Translations under genes and position numbers: made by a program
Part shown: positions 9,955-20,131 of the stretch, in pieces
Numbering within the stretch: position 1 is the stretch's first letter
Layout of the letters: each line of letters opens with the position of its first letter
Source of the DNA: Planctomycetota bacterium
GTDB taxonomy: Bacteria; Planctomycetota; UBA1135; UBA2386
Assembly: GCA_947501605.1 (NCBI GenBank)
Contig: CANMWZ010000002.1
Location: 192,001-256,000 of the forward strand
Direction: 5' to 3'
Length of the DNA: 64,000 bases
The notes under the pieces: generated by a model
The model's database searches: none
What the model was told of the DNA's origin: nothing
The model's input: the letters and a program-made list of their open reading frames with translations, nothing else

Positions 9955-9981
9955 GAACTGCCGGCCGAACCGCTTGGTCAA
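9955..9981 (+). promoter_or_regulatory. Putative ECF-sigma (RpoE-like) promoter
   Basis: GAACTG-N16-GTCAA, 24 nt upstream of the small ORF at 10006. Confidence 0.45.
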
Positions 9982-10005
9982 CGGCCTCCATCACTTCCTC
10001 TTCCG

Positions 10006-10098
10006 ATGCACGCCACCACCCACTCTGTACGCCGAACGCCCATCGCGCTCACCCTCACAGCGGTCGCCCTGCTCTTGATCCTGGCGGCGTTGAGCTGA
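10006..10098 (+). CDS. Putative 30-aa single-TM small protein (not in the ORF track)
   Basis: MHATTHSVRRTPIALTLTAVALLLILAALS*: basic residues followed by a hydrophobic helix. Sits in the metK-waaA gap and ends 11 nt from the waaA stop. Confidence 0.5.
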   Translation: MHATTHSVRRTPIALTLTAVALLLILAALS

Positions 10099-10109
10099 GA
10101 ACAGTCGCT

Positions 10110-11486
10110 TCACGTCGCTGCGTTCGCGGCAGCCAAGGCGTCCGGAAGGAGCGGCCCGAGCAACTCCAAGGTCCGCTGGGTCGCCCCCTGATTGCCGGCA
10201 ATGACCGCACGAGCCCGCTGGCCAAGCTGTCGTCGTAGACCGCTATCGCGAACCAACTCATCGATGCTCCGTGCGAGGCCTGAGGCATCGGCCACTTGCA
10301 GCGCCGCGCGCGCGCGGAGCAGCAGATCGACGTCGGTGCGAAAGTTCGCGACATGCGGACCGAAGACCACCGCACGCCCCTGAGCCGCTGGCTCCAGCAT
10401 GTTCTGGCCGCCGTGAGGGATCAGGCTGCCGCCAACGAACGCGATGTCGCAAGCAGCGTAGAAGTTCTGGAGTTGGCCGATGGCATCGACGACCAGCACC
10501 GCGTCGTCGGGAATCGGCTGCAATCCACGCTGCGTCTCGCTCCACCGAACTGCCGTGCGCCCGAGTCCGCGCACCGCGTCGATGACGGCGGCAGAACGCT
10601 CGGGATGGCGTGGCACCAAGACGATTCGGCATTGGCGCACGCGGGCGCTCTTCGCCGCCGCCTCGCAGACTGCAATCTCCTCATCGGCGTGCGTCGAACC
10701 CGCCACCAGCACCAGACGGTCGCCGGGTGCGAGCCAGCGTCGCAGCGAGGCACCCTCACTGTCGAAGCCCCCCATCACGACACTGTCGTACTTCATGTTG
10801 CCGGTGACAAACACACTCGCGGGATCCACGCCGAGGTCGAGCAATCGCTTTTGATACGCCCCGTCCTGCACGCAGAAGAGGCGAATGCGGTCAAGCTGAG
10901 GCAACAGACCTCGCGCCCGGCGGTAACCGTGAAACGTCTTCTCGGAGATGCGGCCGTTGATCACCGCCACCGGAATGCCGCGCCGTGCCGCTGCCTGCAG
11001 GAAGTTCGGCCAGATCTCCAGTTCCATCAGCAACACACACTGCGGCTTCACGCGGTCGAGCGCGCGACCCGGCCAGAAACCGAAGTCGAGTGGGTAGAAC
11101 ACGACCTGAAGGTCCGGGTGCTCCTGGCGCGCGACCTGGTGCCCGTTCGGCGTCGTCGACGACAAGACGATTTGCAGATCGGGTCGCTGCTGGCGCAACC
11201 GCGCAATGATGTTGGTTGCGGCCTTGATCTCGCCTACCGAGACGCCGTGGATCCAAACGATGTCGCCCGACGTGCGCACGAGATCGACGTAGCCCATCCG
11301 TTGGCGAAAGCCGCGCCGATAGCGCGCATCGAATAGCGAGCGCCAGCCAAGTACTGGCAGGTAGAAGCACAGGCCGACCAGGAAGACCACTTGGTAGAAC
11401 GCCATGGTCGCTGCACCACGAAGCCACGAACGCGGACCGCGGGGTCTCTCGCTTGTAGGCTGCGTCAAGGGATCAGTCAGCGTCAC
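10110..11486 (-). CDS. waaA: 3-deoxy-D-manno-octulosonic acid transferase
   Basis: WIHGVSVGE, ELEIWPN, TGNMKYD, AGSTH, VPRHPER, GGQNMLEP. Exact start uncertain. Confidence 0.95.
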   Translation of the reverse strand: MTLTDPLTQPTSERPRGPRSWLRGAATMAFYQVVFLVGLCFYLPVLGWRSLFDARYRRGFRQRMGYVDLVRTSGDIVWIHGVSVGEIKAATNIIARLRQQRPDLQIVLSSTTPNGHQVARQEHPDLQVVFYPLDFGFWPGRALDRVKPQCVLLMELEIWPNFLQAAARRGIPVAVINGRISEKTFHGYRRARGLLPQLDRIRLFCVQDGAYQKRLLDLGVDPASVFVTGNMKYDSVVMGGFDSEGASLRRWLAPGDRLVLVAGSTHADEEIAVCEAAAKSARVRQCRIVLVPRHPERSAAVIDAVRGLGRTAVRWSETQRGLQPIPDDAVLVVDAIGQLQNFYAACDIAFVGGSLIPHGGQNMLEPAAQGRAVVFGPHVANFRTDVDLLLRARAALQVADASGLARSIDELVRDSGLRRQLGQRARAVIAGNQGATQRTLELLGPLLPDALAAANAAT

Positions 11487-11532
11487 GGGTCCGAAGCGTC
11501 TTGGGTCGCGGCGGCGCCCGCCGCGGAAGAAC

Positions 11533-14577
<3,045 letters not shown>

Positions 14578-14749
14578 CGGAATACCTGCGATCTGCGGGC
14601 AGCGTGCCCGCGCGGCGACCAGAAATGCACAACCAGCGATCCGCGGTCGGCCGATCGCCATCGGCCGCGGACCTGCGCCACCACGCTCACCTTCGCCACG
14701 TTTGCCGAGCCCGGGTCGTGCGCCTCTGAGGCACGAGACCGCGATCGGT

Positions 14750-15019
14750 TCAGCAGCTCGGTGCAAAAACGCGGTCAGGCGCGCGCGAGGGCGGCAAGCC
14801 CCCGGCGGTGCGATCGAGCCAGCGGGGAATCCGGCGCGTCATGGACGGTCGCACCGGCGCGGCACTGCGATCCTCGACTCCGGCCCAACGAATGCCGACT
14901 GTGCTAGTCGCGGCCGGGGCTTCGACACAGCAGGCGACCGCCGACGGGACTCCGTCCATGCATCGGACCAGGGCGGGGCCACCCACCATCAGGACCAGTG
15001 CCAGGAGGACGCCGATCAC
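14750..15019 (-). CDS. secA upstream ORF, candidate SecM-like translation-arrest peptide
   Basis: 89 aa with a hydrophobic N-terminus (IGVLLALVLMVGG) and C-terminal GGLPPSRAPD. The GTG start overlaps the upstream stop (GTGA), with SD GAGAGG. Confidence 0.65.
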   Translation of the reverse strand: MIGVLLALVLMVGGPALVRCMDGVPSAVACCVEAPAATSTVGIRWAGVEDRSAAPVRPSMTRRIPRWLDRTAGGLPPSRAPDRVFAPSC

Positions 15020-15861
15020 AGCCGCACCTCTCGCGATCGCAGAACCCGATCGACCATCTCATAGAGCAGCGCTTCTTGGAACGGCTTGGCCAGAAACCCG
15101 TCGGCCATCCGAATGTCGGCCAGTGACACTTGCGCCGCACTGGCGAGCAGCACCGGAATGCTCCTCGTCGCCGGGTTGCTGCGCAGTTGCGCGATCACTT
15201 GCAGGCCGTCCATCTCAGGTAGTTCGTAGTCCAACAGCACCAGGTTAGGCAACAAGTGTGCAGCAGTTGCGGCCGCGATGCCGCCGCCGTGAACCTTGAC
15301 GGTGCGAAACCCTCGGGCTTGGAGCAACAACTCGATGGCCTCAGCCAAGTCGACCTCGTCGTCGACGATCAGAACCGTACCGCGGTCAAGACTCGCAGCG
15401 CCCGACCCGGCACAGCGCGCCTCGACGCTTCGGCGCAAGCAGGCAGCAGTGTCGAGGCCATGGCGGTCAAAGGCGGTTTCGATCTGTTGCTTCAGATCGC
15501 GGTTGAAGCGCCGCACCGCCATCCAAGACTCGTAGTCCGGGAAATCGGGCTTGATCTCCATCTGGTCATGGCTGTCGACCGCGAAAAAGAACTCACCAGG
15601 CACGATGTGTTCCTGCAGCACCAACTTCATGAACGGGTAGTTGCGATTGCCCAAACGCAGGCTGTAGCGCACGCAGGGATGCCCCGCCTCGGGCTCGATG
15701 CACTCCTTCTGAAACATCGCCAGCACACTCTCCGGGTCCTTGCTGGCCATGGCACTGAAGTCTGGGTCACGCCGCGCACGAGAGTGCGTGCCGTAGGCAA
15801 TCTCTTGATACAGCGCGATAGCGGTCGCCACGGTCTCCGAGCGCAAGGCGGTGAGTTTCAT
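15016..15861 (-). CDS. Response regulator: unknown N-terminal domain plus C-terminal receiver domain
   Basis: REC motifs LIVDDE, LLDYELPEMDG, FLAKPF. The ATG overlaps the pyrD stop (ATGA). Confidence 0.85.
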   Translation of the reverse strand: MKLTALRSETVATAIALYQEIAYGTHSRARRDPDFSAMASKDPESVLAMFQKECIEPEAGHPCVRYSLRLGNRNYPFMKLVLQEHIVPGEFFFAVDSHDQMEIKPDFPDYESWMAVRRFNRDLKQQIETAFDRHGLDTAACLRRSVEARCAGSGAASLDRGTVLIVDDEVDLAEAIELLLQARGFRTVKVHGGGIAAATAAHLLPNLVLLDYELPEMDGLQVIAQLRSNPATRSIPVLLASAAQVSLADIRMADGFLAKPFQEALLYEMVDRVLRSREVRL

Positions 15862-16883
15862 CGGCCCTCCGCTTGCCCCGCCGGCCCCGGCCGCGGCGCC
15901 ACAGCGGGCTGTGGCGCGAAGGAGATCGGCGCCACAGCGGGCTGTGGCGCGACGGGGATCGGCGCCTGCAAACTGCCGCAGAGTTCGGTGATCGTGGTCT
16001 TGGCGGCGGCGAGCAGACGCGCAAGTTCCTCGACGATGCTGACCAAAACGGCCGGATCGACGAACGCCGCAGTCCCGACCTGCACCGCACGCGCACCGGC
16101 GCAAACGAACTCCAGCACGTCCTCAGCAGTGCGAGCACCACCGACGCCGATGACAGGAATGCGTACTGCGCGACTGATCTCGTGAACCATGCGCAACGCC
16201 ACTGGCTTGATGGCGGGACCCGACAAACCGCCGATGCCACGCCCGAGCACTGGCCGGCGTCGACGCCAATCGACTGCCATCCCGATCAGTGTATTGATCG
16301 CAGTGATGCCATCCGCGCCGCCCTGTTCGGCAGCCCGCGCGATCGCCGTCACATCGGTGACGTTGGGCGACAACTTGGCGAACACGGGCACGGTCGCGAC
16401 CCGCTTGACCGCAGTGACCGCGCGCTCGCACATGCGCGCTTCGGTCGAGAACAAGAGGCGCCCCTCTTGGACGTTGGGGCACGACAGGTTGACCTCGAGC
16501 GCATCGACCCCAGCTTCGCAGAAGCGCTCCGCCAGCTCGACGAACTCGTCCACCGCCTCGCCGCCGATGTTGATGATGATGCGGCGGCACAGGGTCCGCA
16601 TCCGCGGCAGCGTCTCGGCCAAGAAGTAGTCGGCGCCTTTGTTCTCCAGCCCGATCGAGTTCAGCATGCCCGACGGCGTCTCGGCGAGACGCGGGGGCGG
16701 GTTACCGTGGCGCGGACGCACCGTGACAGTCTTGGACACGAGCGCACCGACACGCGAGAGCGGCGAGAAGTCGCGACCCTCCCAACCGGAGCCGAACGTA
16801 CCCGAAGCACTCAGCACCGGGTTCGCCAGTTGCAGCGAACCGAGGGAAGTTCGCAAGGAGTCAGAGCCGCTGGGTTCCGCCAC
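15858..16883 (-). CDS. pyrD: Dihydroorotate dehydrogenase (class 1)
   Basis: NPVLSASGTFG, NSIGLEN, EVNLSCPN, KLSPN, GGLSGPAIKP. Confidence 0.95.
   Translation of the reverse strand: MAEPSGSDSLRTSLGSLQLANPVLSASGTFGSGWEGRDFSPLSRVGALVSKTVTVRPRHGNPPPRLAETPSGMLNSIGLENKGADYFLAETLPRMRTLCRRIIINIGGEAVDEFVELAERFCEAGVDALEVNLSCPNVQEGRLLFSTEARMCERAVTAVKRVATVPVFAKLSPNVTDVTAIARAAEQGGADGITAINTLIGMAVDWRRRRPVLGRGIGGLSGPAIKPVALRMVHEISRAVRIPVIGVGGARTAEDVLEFVCAGARAVQVGTAAFVDPAVLVSIVEELARLLAAAKTTITELCGSLQAPIPVAPQPAVAPISFAPQPAVAPRPGPAGQAEGR
15896..15950. repeat. Two tandem copies (33-bp period) of a palindromic 22-bp unit in the pyrD 3' end
   Basis: GCGCCACAGC-GG-GCTGTGGCGC at 15896-15917 and 15929-15950. Encodes APQPAVAP twice. 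Confidence 0.9.
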
Positions 16884-16885
16884 GC

Positions 16886-17497
16886 TCAGGAGGATACCGC
16901 CTTGGCCTTCCGGTGCGACTCCCGATCCTCGCGCAGCATCAATAGCAAGAGACCGATGGCACCGACGGTGATGCACGAGTCGGCGACGTTGAACGCTGGG
17001 AAACCCCACCTCACCGGCCAGTGACCCTCGAAGCGAAGGAAGTCACGAACCGAGCGCGCAGGCAGGGCATCTGCGCGCGTGAAGTTGTCGTACAAGTTGC
17101 CGATGGCACCGGCGAAGATCAGCGACAGTACCGCGAGTTGGAAGCGCTTCGTCCTCGGCGTACCGGCGACGAACCACACCAGTCCGAGCACGGCACAGCA
17201 ACGCAACACCATCAGCACGACAGTGCCATTCTGGAACAAACCCCAGATCGTGCCGGGGTTCTCCCAGGTGACGATCAGGAAGCGCAAGAGCTGACTGTCG
17301 AACACGAGATGCCGGTTGTGGTCGCCCGCACCGTAGTTCTCCGCCATCCAGGAGAACGCGGCATCCTTGCTCCACAGATCGAGCAGGACGAGAAACGGCC
17401 AGGGCATCCAGAACCAAGCCTTGCCGGCAAACCAATGTCGGGGAGCTCGCGGGGGGTGCCCCGCCGCAGCGTCGCCGTTCCCGGCCACCACGCTCAC
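16886..17497 (-). CDS. lspA: Lipoprotein signal peptidase II
   Basis: DLWSK, NPGTIWG, GAIGNLYD, VRDF, PAFNVADSCIT. The GTG start overlaps the upstream stop. Confidence 0.93.
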   Translation of the reverse strand: MSVVAGNGDAAAGHPPRAPRHWFAGKAWFWMPWPFLVLLDLWSKDAAFSWMAENYGAGDHNRHLVFDSQLLRFLIVTWENPGTIWGLFQNGTVVLMVLRCCAVLGLVWFVAGTPRTKRFQLAVLSLIFAGAIGNLYDNFTRADALPARSVRDFLRFEGHWPVRWGFPAFNVADSCITVGAIGLLLLMLREDRESHRKAKAVSS

Positions 17498-17973
17498 GCG
17501 ATCTCGCGGTTGCGCTCTTCGGCTTCCTGGTGGCGAACGCAGTAGCGCGCCCACGGCAGGTACTCGAGTCGGGGCTTCGGGATCCACGGGTCAATCTTTG
17601 CTGCCGGTGCTGCTTTGGCCTTCTTGGCGGCAGCCGCCTTCTTGGCCGCTGATTCCTTCTTCTTCGCGCCGCCCTCGGCTTCCTCGACGCACAGCGGGCA
17701 AATGCCGAACTCCCATTCGCCGCGCTCCTCGATGCGATCGATCGCCTCGACGATGTGCTGGATGGTCTCTTCCTCGTTCTCGATCAGACCCAGCATGAAG
17801 CCCTGGTCGTAGTTGTCGGTGCCCTGGTCGGCCATGTGGTCGACGGACGCGTCTTGCTCGGACGCGCGCAAGGCCTCGTCACGCATGGAACCTACGTCGC
17901 CCCGCAGCGAAGCGAGTTGACGCTCGAGCACGGCTCGATACTTGGTCAGTTCCGTCTTGGTCGGCTTAGGCAT
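17494..17973 (-). CDS. DksA/TraR family zinc-finger protein
   Basis: Coiled coil with HMADQGTD tip, AIDRI..G.FGICPLC, IPKPRLEYLPWARYC. Confidence 0.88.
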   Translation of the reverse strand: MPKPTKTELTKYRAVLERQLASLRGDVGSMRDEALRASEQDASVDHMADQGTDNYDQGFMLGLIENEEETIQHIVEAIDRIEERGEWEFGICPLCVEEAEGGAKKKESAAKKAAAAKKAKAAPAAKIDPWIPKPRLEYLPWARYCVRHQEAEERNREIA

Positions 17974-18063
17974 GAGCAGGATTGTCGAGCGAAGGAGGTC
18001 GTGCGGCCGGAGCCGCGCATTCCTGGCCCTTGGCGCAGCGCGCGGGGCCAGATTGGGGCGGGG

Positions 18064-18092
18064 ACCTTAGGCGCTGCCGCGAAAGGGGTCAA
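18064..18092 (-). promoter_or_regulatory. Sigma70-type promoter of the dksA-lspA-pyrD-RR-uORF-secA run
   Basis: Minus strand TTGACC-N17-TAAGGT. Confidence 0.65.
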
Positions 18093-18237
18093 GCGCCCCG
18101 CAAGTCCCCGGCACCGACGTTCGGCGCGAGTCCGACGCTTGCTTTCGCCGCTCTGGCACACCACTACTGTGCGCCATCCCACGTGGCGATGCCCGCGCCG
18201 CCGCGCGCTACCGACCTCTCCCCAGCACGACCCCGCG

Positions 18238-19122
18238 ATGGCACCGAGCCCCCAGCAGCACCTAGCGGACTTCTTGGTCTACCTCGGCGTCGAGCTACAA
18301 GTGTCGCCGAACACCGTCTCCGCCTATCGCCGCGACGTCAGTCGCTTCCTCTCGACCACGGCCTCGTTGCCCGACCGCGAGGCCATCGCCGCACACCTTG
18401 CGGACCTGGCCGCAAGCCATGCGCCGGCGTCGGTGGCGCGCGCAGCGGCGGCGATCCGCGGCTTCTATCGGTTCTTGCACGCCGAAGGCCACTGCAAGGA
18501 GGACATCGCCACTGGGCTGCTCGGACCCCGGATCGAACAGAAGCTGCCAAAGGCCCTGAGCCGAGCCTCGGTACAGCGCCTCCTCACCGCGACGGATGAG
18601 AGTTCGCCACTGGGGCTACGGGACCAGGCAATGTTGCACGTGCTCTACGCCACGGGTTGCCGTGTCAGTGAAGTGACCGGCCTGCGAACGACGAGCTTGG
18701 TCGAAGAACACCGCCTGTTGCGTGCCTACGGCAAGGGCAACAAGGAGCGACTCGTGCCGATCAGCGACCGCGCCGTCCAGTTGCTACTCGCCTACAAGAC
18801 CGAAGTCCGACCACTGCTGCGCTCGCGAGCCCTGCGCGATCCCGGCGACGTGCTGTTCTTGTCGCGCACCGGCCGCCCCCTCGACCGCGTCCGCGTCTGG
18901 CAGGTCGTACGGGCCACGTGTCGCGCGGCCGGGCTCGAAGTCGCCTGTTCGCCGCACGCGCTGCGGCACTCGTTTGCAACCCACCTTGTCAGCGGCGGCG
19001 CCGACCTGCGGTCGGTGCAGGAGATGCTCGGGCATGCGTCGCTGGCGACAACGCAGATCTACACCCACGTCGATCACGAACGACTGCGAAAGACGCATGA
19101 ACGCTGCCACCCGCGCGGCTGA
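18238..19122 (+). CDS. xerD: Tyrosine recombinase XerD
   Basis: SPNTVSAYRRD, LYATGCRVSE, GKGNKERLVP, SPHALRHSFATHL, QEMLGHASLATTQIYTHV. Confidence 0.88.
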   Translation: MAPSPQQHLADFLVYLGVELQVSPNTVSAYRRDVSRFLSTTASLPDREAIAAHLADLAASHAPASVARAAAAIRGFYRFLHAEGHCKEDIATGLLGPRIEQKLPKALSRASVQRLLTATDESSPLGLRDQAMLHVLYATGCRVSEVTGLRTTSLVEEHRLLRAYGKGNKERLVPISDRAVQLLLAYKTEVRPLLRSRALRDPGDVLFLSRTGRPLDRVRVWQVVRATCRAAGLEVACSPHALRHSFATHLVSGGADLRSVQEMLGHASLATTQIYTHVDHERLRKTHERCHPRG

Positions 19123-19130
19123 GGCCGAGT

Positions 19131-19187
19131 CGGCTCCGCCTACCCCAGTTGTCTGCCACATTGCTGTCGGCGGCAACCACGGAGCCG
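19131..19187. terminator. Stem-loop between convergent xerD and lpxA
   Basis: CGGCTCCG...CGGAGCCG outer stem with an inner imperfect stem. Confidence 0.45.
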
Positions 19188-19207
19188 GAGGTCCGCGAAG
19201 GGCGCCG

Positions 19208-20029
19208 TCAGTCCACGCTGGCGGCGCCGTCGGTGCTGCGCCGGGCGCGCCGCTTGTGACCAAAGCCGCGGTGGCCACCCGCGAAGAACTCCAGGAAGGC
19301 CTTCCCTTGCAAAGTCGTGGCGAGTTCCTGGTTCTCGCGCGCGCGGGCGGCTTCTTCGCGAACGTTGCCACCGCCATGGAACACCGAACGGAAGCAGCGC
19401 TTCAGATCGGCCATGACGTCCGCCGGGAAGCCTCGACGACGCAGCCCGACGAGGTTCAAACCGACGATGTCGTTGCGATCCGCAGCCACTGAGTACGGCG
19501 GCACGTCGTAGGAGATCGCGGCATTGCCGGCGACCATCGAACTCTCGCCGAGGCGCACGAACTGGTGCACGCCAGCGCCGCCGCCGACGAAGGCGTGATC
19601 GCCAACCTGCACATGGCCTCCGAGCATCGCGCCATTGGCCATCGTCACGAACGATGCCACTTGGCAGTCGTGGGCCACGTGCGTGTTGGCCATGAAGAAG
19701 CAATCGGGTCCGATCACCGTCGAACCGCCGGCGCGGGCTGGGCGATGCACGGTGACGCCTTCGCGGAAGATCGTGCGGGGCCCCACCACCACGCGGCCGC
19801 CTGCCGCTTCTGGGTCGGGGACTCGCATCTGCGCCTCGCCGCCAATGACGACGAAGCTGTCGATCAGACAACCGTCACCGAGGACGCAGCCTTCGCGCAC
19901 GATGGCATGCGGCTCGAGCCGGCAATCGGCGCCCAAACGAGCCGAAGCGCCAACGATGCAGTAGGCGCCGATCTGCACGCCTGTGCCCAGCGTCGCTGTC
20001 TCGTGGACGACCGCAGTCGGGTGGATCAT
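19208..20029 (-). CDS. lpxA: UDP-N-acetylglucosamine O-acyltransferase
   Basis: IHPTAVV, hexapeptide repeats, REGVTVHR, HVAHDC, GVHQF, GLNLVGLRRRGF. Confidence 0.95.
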   Translation of the reverse strand: MIHPTAVVHETATLGTGVQIGAYCIVGASARLGADCRLEPHAIVREGCVLGDGCLIDSFVVIGGEAQMRVPDPEAAGGRVVVGPRTIFREGVTVHRPARAGGSTVIGPDCFFMANTHVAHDCQVASFVTMANGAMLGGHVQVGDHAFVGGGAGVHQFVRLGESSMVAGNAAISYDVPPYSVAADRNDIVGLNLVGLRRRGFPADVMADLKRCFRSVFHGGGNVREEAARARENQELATTLQGKAFLEFFAGGHRGFGHKRRARRSTDGAASVD

Positions 20030-20131
20030 GGCGCGGCATTGTGCCGTGCCCCTGCCGGAAAGCGAGCGGGGGGCAGCGATTGCTTCGCTCCCCCCCGCCG
20101 CGCTGCGCACCGCTGTGCGGTGGACCGGAGG

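Noticed and set aside
14578..14766. 63-aa N-terminal extension of SecA in the ORF track
   Set aside because: SecA-like sequence begins near MKIDF (14577). The extension is low-complexity and overlaps the uORF.
18238..19122. Phage or island integrase
   Set aside because: Length and motifs fit chromosomal XerD. It is flanked by core genes, with no tRNA or att repeats seen.
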